A DNA stretch of 64,000 nt, taken from positions 1,984,001-2,048,000 of the forward strand of contig NEEC01000011.1 of NCBI GenBank assembly GCA_002189035.1, read 5' to 3'. The DNA comes from Utricularia gibba (lineage: Eukaryota > Plantae > Magnoliophyta). The translations under genes and the position numbers were made by a program. Below are positions 18,464 to 29,183 of the stretch, piece after piece. The notes below the pieces were generated by a model that saw nothing but the letters and a program-made list of their open reading frames with translations, had not been told where the DNA came from and searched no databases. Position 1 is the first letter of the stretch, and each line of letters opens with the position of its first letter.

Positions 18464-20389
18464 ATGATCCACCAAGTTGAGGAGAAGATGAGCGCTGCAA
18501 TCCTATGGGTAAACTATCTCCACAAGCTCATCATCGTAGCTCGATTTCTAAGCTTTTTTTCCGGCAGCACTTTTCTAATGGGTGGTTTCCCTACTGACCT
18601 CAGCGTGCTTGATATTGTGTTGGTTATGTTCATGATTGCATCCCTTGTCCTGCTTGGAATCTGCACTGTGACAAAACAAGGTAAAGGTTTTGCAGCCCTA
18701 GCAGCAGAAGCAGCATGTGCCATCTTCAGATTATGTCCCTCGGTTTTCATGATGCTTCATCACATCACCACCAGAAAAAAAACGAGTAAAAAACCTAAAA
18801 CTAGGCCTGATGTTATTCTATTCCCTTGTTTCCATTGATTCCTTTCTCTCTATTGCCACAAATCCATGGGCGATATGGATGATCTGGGTAAAGAGACCCT
18901 TCACGAATATGGTGTTGGGATGTACAGATCTCAATGACTCCTCGCGATTGGTGCTGTTCTTTACAGAATATTTCTTCTCCACATATTCCAGCATCCGCAG
19001 CTCCGATCGCTCACAGGTCGACATTGTCACTTTTGCGGCGACGAAGATCAGTTCAAACGCAAACTCTTTCCAGGACGCCCCTTCAAGCCGTGACCTTCAG
19101 CAGCAGCAGCACTCTAGAGAAATTCAAATATTATCGGAGGTAGAAATTACCATGGATCCTGCTACTCCTACCTTGTCGCAGGTGGACATCATCTCTCTCG
19201 GAATCTTGGACAAATCTCTTGATTGTAAGGGAAATATGAGCAAGATTGTTAAAGTAGATGGTCTTCTGAACGGACTACTAGACATCATTCTCCGTCTAAT
19301 GAAGGCGGAAACTCCGGAGCTTGAAATACGCGTTTTGGAGAGCTGTCTTCGAATTTTTCAAAAGCTTATCAGTGCACCTGGTGAGGCAGGTCAGAAATTC
19401 AGGAATGACACCTCAAGAATAGTGTCCACAGACACAATTAGCGTGATCAGAGATGTCCTAAAACGTGGAGATCCTCATACTGCAACACATTCATTGGGGG
19501 TTCAAACTCTAAGCATCTTGACCAATGTAAGAGAAACAGCTGACCTTATTAGGAGAACTGGGGGAATGGTAGAGGTTTTATACGAAGTCTTCTTTGCTGA
19601 AAATGGACAAAACAGCTTAGCCAGATCAGATGCAGGAAAAGCATTGGCAACGCTGACCCTAAAATGCAAGGATACATGTCATAGAATTTTGAACTTGGAT
19701 CGAAAAGATGACCTAATAAGAGCAATGAAAGACCCAGATCCACTACATTGTGTAGCTGCAACTGAGATCTTGAGGAATTTGTGTACTTACTGTGGAAAGG
19801 ATGACTACTGGAAAGGGAAGTTGATGGAATATACCGTAGCCGCCATTCCCATTGTAAGTAAATATATTTCAGATCTGAATTTTCCTGCTTCGGTCATTTC
19901 TGGGCATTGTGTTTGCAGGTGGTCGAGGCAATCATAAACCCGGAAGATCAAGCGCTGCTGCAAGTCATGCTCGGAGCAGCAGCATGCTTGTTCAAACTTA
20001 AGCTCGTGCATAGGGCCGTAATGACACGATTGCTCCCAAGGGAAACCAAAATCCAATTGATTCAGAAACTGCCGAACATTCTTCAAGAACATGAGGAGGT
20101 TCGAATTGAAGTTGCAAGGATCAGAAGATACGCAATAAAACTAGCCATTGGGCTCATCAATGATGATCCAGAAATCATAAGGACATTTGATGGTATTGAA
20201 ATGGAACAAGAGCTGGAATGGGTAGAGCAAACAGCATCGGACCTCGAGAACAACAACTTCTTTTCTGGAACTCATGACCTCTATAGGCACAAGTCCACCA
20301 TAATTTCACTTGCGCAGGATCTCAGGAAGTTGATCCGGATGAAGATTCAAGAAATCAACAGGAGCTTGTTAGAAGAATATTTATCATAG
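18464..20389 (+). CDS. BLE2-like / ARM-repeat membrane protein, copy 1; 1-nt frameshift in the A-run at 18775-18782; intron 19854-19918
   Basis: Hydrophobic N-terminus with LMGGF..DL..LD. ARM-like helical region LARSDAGKALATLTL, AATEILRNLCTY. C-terminus RIRRYAIKLAI...DLENNNFFSGT...HKSTIISL resembles the BLE2/At3g06210-like family as I recall it. Start is uncertain (18422 or 18464). Confidence 0.75.
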
Positions 20390-21539
20390 TGTGTGATAGA
20401 GAGTATAAGAAGATGATGACTTTTCCAAATGGTCACCCTTGTAGGTAACCTTTGATTTTTAGTGTGAATAAACCTTTGGGAAATGAATATCTAAATCTTG
20501 AACATGGAATACATCTTTCAGAATAGTGTAAAGTAGGTATCATTTAAATTTTCTAGCAAGAAATAAGTATTTCTAACTATTTTTACCTTCAAAAATAGAA
20601 AAATATTTTCCAAAGTATTTACATGAAAAAATGACCAGTATATCAAACCAAGCTAATTTTGATATTTTGGTACCAAACATTTTTCAGTATGGAAATGGTA
20701 TTGAATTTTCAAGTAGGTTTGCTATTTGGTATAGTATTCCAATAGATACTCAATGTTCACCCTTACTGATGTGGGAAAATATGATTTTAAAAAGTATTTG
20801 TTTATCAGTAAAGTTTTTTAAAATAAAAAAAATAAATATATTGAGCTATATTTATAAAACTTTTAAAAAAATTATCATATGATTTTCTAAGGTATGCAAA
20901 TGATTAGTTATCTATTCATACCAACTTAGTTGACCGAAAAACCTTAAAATAGTTATTATTTGTTATTGTTTTTTTTATTTGAAGGAGATTGTTTCAATCT
21001 GTTACATTAAAGCATATGTTGAATTCCCCAAAAATGCTCCAAGCTCCGCATGCATAAGTTTTCAAAAGAATGGTTATGTATATCGCTAGAAATTGCAATG
21101 AAATTTGTTATTATTAATCTGACATAACTAACAAAAATGAAAATTTTAATGCGAAAACGTGAATAATGCAGAATTCCTGGTTACCCAAAGAAGTTTGAGT
21201 AAGAATGAAACAAAAAGAAGCTCACCGAGGAGGAGGAGGAGAAGTTCAGGTGAGTGCTCTTGGCCGGCCGGCCGGCCGGCCGGATACCCGAGTGCGCGTA
21301 AAGGGCATTCAAGCAGGGAGAGAAGCAGAAGTTTTGAAGGCTCTGAAGCGCGATGGATGAAGGAAGAAGCACTGCCTCTTGTCCGAGTCCATACATATGA
21401 TTAGGTCAACCACGACTTGATCACAGATGGGTCCTCCGCCAACCGGCAGCCAGCGTTTATTTTGATATAATTGGTCACCAATATTTAAATACCAGATATG
21501 CACAATTCTCACTATTTTAATTTAGTCTCCAAATTAAAT

Positions 21540-22155
21540 TAGAGGTACCGCCAGTTCTCAATCGTTCGGTTTGGGTTTGGAATCGAACGATTTTTTTGAA
21601 CCGTTGATTTGTAAACCGTGGTTGGTTGATTATGGTTATTGTTTCGATTCAGAATCAGATTTAGACACCTTGAATCAAACCGAAATCGGAACCGAAACTA
21701 GATCCAACGGTTTCGATTCGAAATTGGAACCGAAGTCATTGAATTGAACCAAAATCAAAATCGATCGGTTACTATTGATGCGTTTTTCAAGCATTCATAC
21801 TAGTCATTATGTATATCTGGAAATGAATAGGTGTTTAGAATCATATGAGTGATTGAAAAATCCATTAAAAAAAATGATGCATGTCGATGGTTTATGATGA
21901 TGGACTAACATAATCATAAATACATGTCAAATACATTAATTCATATGTATATTTAATGAATATTTTGAATGTTTTTAATATTTTAATACAAACCAATGGT
22001 TTTACGATTACGAATTATCGATTCCATCGATTTCGCATGATTTAGAACTGACGGTTATAGGGTTTCAAATATATCGAACAGAACTTAAACTATACTGATA
22101 CTCATATCTTGGAACCGAGGCGGAACGGTTTGGCTTCCAATCGATTACACCTATA
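21540..22155. mobile_element. Degenerate non-autonomous DNA-transposon remnant rich in AACCG/CGGTT motifs (hAT-MITE-like)
   Basis: Dense AACCG/CGGTT/AATCG motif clusters at both ends around an AT-rich core. The right end ATCGATTACACCTA is typical of such elements. No clear TSD. Confidence 0.4.
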
Positions 22156-22280
22156 TTAAATTAAATTGGCAAGATAAATAATTTTTCCTGGCACTACGCT
22201 CAGGTAAGCCCAGATAGGTGACCCGGGACTCGGGTCGCGACCGTCGGCACTGGCCATTAAATTATTACAATTTATAAAAT

Positions 22281-22720
22281 CTTATTACTTAAATATTTTT
22301 TAATATTTCACGACTGTCCTATCATCGTAATTATAATTTAAGATAATGAGTCATTAGTTCGGAACCTGGAGATTAAATAATCAAAAAATCAAGTCTAATA
22401 TGGAATAAATATATTATTTTTCAATTTTCTCAAAAAATGGGAGTAAAAAATAATTAATAATTAAGTGAATTATCATTGTTATTATATATATGTATATATT
22501 AATAAGAACATGCGAAATAAGATTACATGAATATCTGTAAATAATTAAGTGAATTAGCATATTTATTACATATATGTGTAATAAGAACATACGAAATAAG
22601 ATTACTTGAATATCTGGAACTAATTATCATATTTATTATGGTATTATATAAATATAATGGTGGTGGGAAATGGGAATCATGGGAATAATATTATCATTTT
22701 TAAATAATATATGCAAAATA
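22281..22720. repeat. Direct repeat C, AT-rich, with internal 70-90 bp subrepeats; second copy at about 24559-25024
   Basis: Shared strings CTTATTACTTAAATATTTTTTAATATTTCACGACT, TTAGTTCGGAAC.TGGAGATT, CAATTTTCTCAAAAAATGGGAGTAAAAAA and repeated TAATTAAGTGAATT..CAT / AATAAGATTAC. Confidence 0.85.
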
Positions 22721-23436
22721 TGAGTAAATGTATATTTTTGTAATATGATTTTGTTTACAGTCGGGCCTCTAAATTGTATAAAAGGACTCTCGATATTCCA
22801 TTTCACGTGAGTCAAATGTTATTACACACTACACGGTGGTGCCATTTTGGTCCAACCCCGGGCTACGCCATCCATCACTTGGTGGCAGCCATCATGGGAA
22901 CGTTGACAGGGGGGATAAGGAGCAGCTATCAGGAAGAAAGAGGGATACGGAGGATAGAGCTACAAGAAGCTCCGATGCGTGAATTTGGATGATCCAATCC
23001 GTTGAAGAATCGGATCATCACATGGACAACCGGGCGTGTGCCATGATAATATGATTATTTATTACATTCCTTGTCTCATTGAGTAGATCCGGTTCTTCGA
23101 TTCTTGGGTGTCCTTATCGATGATGTGACGTTGAACAGCTGGCTTGGCCACATGTCAACTTGCCATTGGCCATATGTGTCACCTGATTTTTCGAATGTTA
23201 GCAGACAGGCTGACCAGCAACAGAAAGAGAGGTTACTCGTAATCGTGGGAAAAAGTCCCCCCTATTGGCCACGTGTCAATTTGAAAGGGACATTGACCCC
23301 ATTCCCTATAGTGTCTACCTCTGTTGAGTACATATACTCAGCAAAGTCAAAATTAGTCCATTTGGTCATCTTCCACTCCCTCCTGCTTACAGAGTTCTTC
23401 CTCCTCCATTCCTGAATCTTTCGGTTTAGGGTTTCT

Positions 23437-24303
23437 ATGGGTACAGAAGACGTGATCCACGAATTTGAGGAGAAGATGACCGCTGCAATCAGATGGGTAG
23501 ACTATCTGCACAAGCTCTTGATCTTGGCTCGATTTGTAAACAGTTTCTGGAGCGGCAGTTTTCTACTCGGCGGATTCTCGTCTGAGCTCCAGGTGCTTGA
23601 CATTCTCTTCGTTTTATTCTGGATTGCTTGGCATCAGTCGATTCAGATCTACAGAGCGGAAAAACAAAGTAAAGGTCCAGCAGCCCTAGCAGGAGTCGCC
23701 TTCATGACATTAGTTTTCTCACTTGTCATGATGGTTCTTCACATAACCAGAAACTGCCGAGTAAAAAACCTGAAACTGATATGGATGATCTGGGTAAAGA
23801 GGCACATCAAGAATACTGATCTCAATATGGTGTTCTTTAGAGAATATTTCTTCTCCATATGTCCCAGCATCCGCAGCTCCGATCGCTCACAGGCTGACAT
23901 TGTCACTTTTGCGGCGACAAAGATCAGTTCAAACGCAAACACTTCGCAGGAGCACAGTGGAGAAATTGAAACATCATTGGAGGTAAAAATTACCATGGAT
24001 CCTGCTACCCCTACCTTGTCGCAGGTGGACATCATCTCTCTCGAAATCCTGGACAAATCTCTTGATGGTAGCGCAAAAATTGGGGAAGTAGAGAACAAGA
24101 TTGTTAAAGTAGATGGTTTTTTGGAGAGAATGTTAAAGGACATCATTCCCCGACTGATGAAGGCGGAAACTTCGGAGCCTGGAATACTCGATTTGGAGCG
24201 CTGTCTTCGAATTTTTCAAAAGCTTATCAGCGCTCCTGGTGAGGCTGGTCAGAAACTAAGGAATGATATCAACCGGAGCTTGTTAGAAGAATATTTGCTT
24301 TAG
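23437..24303 (+). CDS. BLE2-like paralog, copy 2: internally deleted, intronless, 288-aa open frame
   Basis: Direct homology to 18452-19409 and 20354-20389, with shared blocks IRSSDRSQxDIVTFAATKISSNAN, TMDPATPTLSQVDIISL and LRIFQKLISAPGEAGQK. Shared 3' flank 20390-20570 vs 24304-24475. Confidence 0.75.
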   Translation: MGTEDVIHEFEEKMTAAIRWVDYLHKLLILARFVNSFWSGSFLLGGFSSELQVLDILFVLFWIAWHQSIQIYRAEKQSKGPAALAGVAFMTLVFSLVMMVLHITRNCRVKNLKLIWMIWVKRHIKNTDLNMVFFREYFFSICPSIRSSDRSQADIVTFAATKISSNANTSQEHSGEIETSLEVKITMDPATPTLSQVDIISLEILDKSLDGSAKIGEVENKIVKVDGFLERMLKDIIPRLMKAETSEPGILDLERCLRIFQKLISAPGEAGQKLRNDINRSLLEEYLL

Positions 24304-25367
24304 TACGTGATAGAGAGTATAAAAAGATGACCAATTTTCCAAATGGTCAACCTTGTAAGTAAACATTTAATATTTAGTGTGAATATGAATATCTAAATCT
24401 TGAACATGGAATACATCTTTCAGAATAGTGTAAGGTAGGTGTCATTTAAATTTTCTAGCAAGAATTAAGTATTTATAAACTAAAAATTATTTTATCGCTT
24501 TTTTAAAATGTCATTCAATTAAAAAGTTTTTATTAAATTATTATAATTTAATAAATACCTTATTACTTAAATATTTTTTAATATTTCACGACTATCGTAT
24601 TATCGTAATAACATATTATATATTCATGTATAAAATTTACATAATTTTAAGATTTTACTTGATTATAATTATGTAGTAAGTTATTAGTTCGGAACATGGA
24701 GATTATATAATAAAAAAATCAAATCTAATATAGAATAACTATATTATTTTTCAATTTTCTCAAAAAATGGGAGTAAAAAAAAATTTATAATTAAGTGAAT
24801 CATCATATTTATTATATATATGTGTAATAAGAACATACAAAATAAGATTACATGAGTATCTGTAAATAATTAAGTGAATTATCATATTTATTATATATGA
24901 AGAACATACGAAATAAGATTACATCAATATCTATAAATAATTAATAATTAAGTGAATTATCATATTTATTATGGTATTATATGAATATAATGTGGGAATC
25001 TTGGGAATATGATTACAAAATATGCTCGGGTCAACCACGACTTGAGATGGGTCCTCCGCCAACCAGCAGCCAGCGTTTATTGAAATTATATATATATATA
25101 TATATTATCAAATATTGTTTAGCAATTTATTGAGGAGTATCATCACTTTCCAAATCACGACAAAGAAACACTGAAAAAGAGGGTTGGCGTGCACTTTCAG
25201 GGCTACAGTGTCGTCTGGTTTTACCTTAAGAAAACCCTAGACTATGTTATTTTAGGGTTACCTGCTCTTGATATATTTCTGGTGTTACCCTAAAAAAACC
25301 TAAACCCTGTCTTTTTAGCATTCGCAACTTTTAATATATTTTACGCAGAGAGGCTTTGTAAATTTTA

Positions 25368-25612
25368 GGGTGCATTTGGTTGTTTGATATAAACCCTAGA
25401 TGTCTCAATTTTATTAATAATTGATTTAGTTCATAAGGGCATTTTGGTAATTTAGATATAAAATAACTAATACCCAAATATTAATATCATCTAACCAAAT
25501 AAATTGAATGGGTTAATCTTAATACATTAATCAATCAACATTTGGGCTTAACTCATCTATACTCAAATTACTTAAACCCAATCAATACATTTCCAATCAA
25601 CCAGACGCACCC
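25368..25612. mobile_element. Tourist-like (PIF/Harbinger) MITE, 245 bp
   Basis: 15-bp TIRs GGGTGCATTTGGTTG and (reverse complement) GGGTGCGTCTGGTTG match 13/15. TTA target-site duplication at 25365-25367 and 25613-25615. AT-rich non-coding interior. Confidence 0.85.
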
Positions 25613-26889
25613 TTAAGGTTTAGGGTTTCTGATAACTAGAATAAGCTGTGCTGAACCCTAGAACTGTCATATTTAACAAAAATTTGTAAAACAAATGTAG
25701 GGATGTCGTTTTATTTAATTATTATATATATTTTTTTCTTTAAAAATTTTTCTCAACTATGTTAAAAGAAAACCATCATCATTGGAATCAAAAGAATCGC
25801 AAATGATCTAATCAAGCCGAATCTTCATCATTAGAACTATAAAAAAACTGTATAATTTATAAACGATCAATGAATATGATTACAAGTAATCAATGTATTG
25901 GATAGTTTATACTATTAGAGTCGACGGTTAGTCCATTGAAAACCTTGAAAAATATTTATAGCTTCTTTTAGTTTCAAAACATTAAAAAATTCCTTATTGA
26001 TAACAAAAAAATTAAAGAACTGAAACTTGATTTATGTTGGCGTGTTTAGTTTAGGATTCGCTTTCACAATTATTTTCCCAAACGAAATGTCTTAAACTCA
26101 TGGGTTATAACTTGTGATTAAATTCGGTTCAAGCCAATTCATGATCAGATTCGACATTGAGTTCAATCTGTTTAAACATTAATTTTATATTTTAAAATTT
26201 TTAAAATATAATTAATAATTATTAAATCGAGTCAATCAATTATAAAAATGGTTCATGATTAAACCAAAAATTAGTTAAACACATTTAAAACAATCATTAA
26301 TTTGCTAAATGATGTTGGAACAACAATGCCCATTTGCTACATGTCATGGGCTAGGTTGCACCAAAATGGGTGCCGGGTACTAGATTCGGGTGTGTGGGTG
26401 TGGGATTCATTGATTTTAAAATTCAATTTTTAGGATGTATTATTTTAAAATATATATATTTATACAAATTAATACAATATAAAAAAAATAATTTATCAAA
26501 TACAGCAACTTAAAAATCATGCAAATTGCACGTACCTTACAAATCATGATTTCCCACGAATCGCACGGAATCGTGCAACTTAGGTTATGGGGTGTAAATA
26601 ATTGGGCCCTGTGTGGGCCTATAAATTAATAGGCGATGGTGACAGACACCTCGTTTTTTAAGATTTTTTTTCTGGAAATTGTAAGAAAAATGATTATTGT
26701 TTTTTCTGGAAATTTGACGGTTGTCCGGCGACATAGGCCTGGGCTGGCGTCGCGTGGTCTCAGCATTCTGTTTCTCCGGCAGCACGCCAAGTGTATATAA
26801 CAAACACACTGCAACTGAAACTCTATTGCGTTCTGTTTCTCCGGCAACACCACTGCAAAGGACGATACTGTTCCTGTTTCATCCGCGCC

Positions 26890-28728
26890 ATGGCTCTCTC
26901 GGAGGCCTCTACAAACACGGAAACCTCGCTGCACTCGACCTTCGCATCCCGCTACGTCCGCGTCTCGCTTCCAAGGTGCTGGAGTGCTCTGGTTCAAGAT
27001 CCCTTTTTCTTGCGTATTGATTGTCTTATGGATCGGATTTACGGCCGGGGTGCAGGTTCAAGATGGCGGAGAAATCGATTCCGAAGGAGGCGGCGTACCA
27101 GATCATCAACGATGAGCTGATGCTGGATGGGAATCCGCGGCTCAATTTGGCCTCCTTCGTCACCACCTGGATGGAGCCCGAGTGCGATAAGCTCATCATG
27201 GATGCGATCAACAAGAATTATGTCGACATGGATGAGTACCCCGTCACCACTGAACTCCAGGTCCGGTCTACTCCCTTTTCAAAAAAGAAAATCTGTTTCA
27301 AATCTTTCTTCGGAATTCATTTTTGATCATTGAGTCAGAATCGGTGCGTGAACATGATCGCGCATCTGTTCAACGCGCCGCTGGGAGAAGGGGAGGCGGC
27401 GATGGGTGTCGGGACAGTGGGGTCGTCGGAGGCGATCATGCTCGCCGGGCTGGCCTTCAAGAGAAAATGGCAGAACAAGATGAAGGCGGAGGGGAAGCCC
27501 TACGACAAGCCCAACATTGTCACCGGGGCCAACGTCCAGGTTTGCTGGGAGAAATTCGCCCGATATTTCGAAGTTGAGCTCAAGGAGGTGAAGCTCAGAG
27601 ACGGGTACTATGTAATGGATCCCGAAAAGGCCGTCGAGATGGTCGACGAAAACACCATCTGCGTCGCCGCGATCCTCGGATCCACCCTAAACGGCGAGTT
27701 CGAGGACGTCAAGCTTCTCAACCAGCTCCTCTCCGAGAAGAACCAACAAACAGGGTAAATCTAATAAAAAAACCCATCACCACACGTAGTTCCGTTCATC
27801 TGATCGATACCGATCTGAACTTGCAGATGGGACACTCCCATCCACGTGGACGCGGCGAGCGGCGGGTTCATCGCGCCGTTTCTGTACCCGGAGCTGGAGT
27901 GGGACTTCCGGCTGCCGTTGGTGAAGAGCATAAACGTGAGTGGGCACAAGTACGGTCTTGTGTACGCTGGCGTGGGATGGGTGATATGGAGGAACAAGGA
28001 GGATTTGCCCGATGAACTCATTTTCCATATCAACTACCTCGGCGCCGATCAGCCCACTTTCACCCTCAATTTCTCCAAAGGTACGTACGTAAACATCTCC
28101 CCCAGACGAAGTTTTCTTCCATTTCATTCTTTTATTACACCATTTTTTTACTGTAATGAATCGGAATCTTCAATATGTATTTTGTCTACAAGGATCGAGC
28201 CAGATCATCGCGCAGTACTACCAGCTGATCAGGCTGGGGCACGAGGGATACCGCAACATAATGGACAACTGTCAAGAAAACGCAATGGTTCTCAAGGAGG
28301 GCCTGGAGAAGACGGGGAGATTCAACATCGTGTCCAAGGACACGGGTGTCCCCTTGGTGGCCTTCAGCCTCAAGGACAACAGCTGCCACAACGAGTTCCA
28401 GGTCTCCGACATGCTCCGCCGCTTCGGGTGGATCGTTCCGGCGTACGCGATGCCTCCGGACGCGCAGCACGTCACAGTGCTCCGGGTGGTGGTGCGGGAG
28501 GACTTCTCCAGGACCCTGGCGGAGAGGCTGGTTGCCGACATCCAGAAGGTGTTGAACGACCTCGATTCCGTTCCCGCGAGGGTGACGGAGAAGCTCATCA
28601 GCTCCCAGGAGGCGCAGGATGAAGCGCCGGTGGCGGTTAAGAAGAGCGCCATTGAGGTGCAGAGGGAGATCACGGCGGCGTGGAGGAAGCTCGTGGCGGA
28701 TCGGCGCAAGACCAACGGCGTCTGCTGA
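26890..28728 (+). CDS. GAD: Glutamate decarboxylase, 5 exons
   Basis: MALSEAS...[62 protein letters not shown]-lysine motif NVSGHKYG. C-terminal calmodulin-binding tail [17 protein letters not shown]. Confidence 0.97.
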
Positions 28729-29183
28729 GGGAGGGAGCAGTTAGTTCGGTTGGTGGGTTAGGTTTATACCACTTGCTGGTAATAAAATAAAATGCATTGT
28801 TTTTTTCTTTTTTTTTTGGTAATAAAGAAAAGGATTTTTTTTTTAAAATAATTTTTAATACAAAGAAAATAATTTATCTCAACGTTAAAATAAAAAAAAA
28901 AAAGCAAAAGCACATATTTAATGGCTGGGTGATGTTCATGGATTTAATGCGGGACGACCGTTGGTCAGTGCACGGGGGAATTTACACTAAACCCCCTGTT
29001 CCTTTGCTGCACCACTTGCATTTATCACCAAAATAGGAGGAGATTGAGAAGGATGAGTTGAGCAGGAGACTCCCCGTCCCCAACACAGAGGAATAAAAGC
29101 CACTACAAAAAGGGGAAGGGGACCAGAGGGCGTCGACCTTCAACATTCCCATCTCTAGTGGCAGGTTTAGGAAGACACAAGTA

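Noticed and set aside
22456-22620. Periodic repeats superficially like a CRISPR array (also 24790-24960)
   Set aside because: Eukaryotic context, degenerate AT-rich units without unique spacers, and no cas genes.
25230-25660. Scattered TTTAGGG/AAACCCT telomere-like words
   Set aside because: Isolated single units, not a tandem array, so not an interstitial telomere.
28186-28715. Antisense ORFs over GAD, and similar ones over SAMS (56162-57232), PRK (36365-37302) and the CRK (11212-11860)
   Set aside because: Shadow frames of GC-rich coding exons with no recognisable domains.
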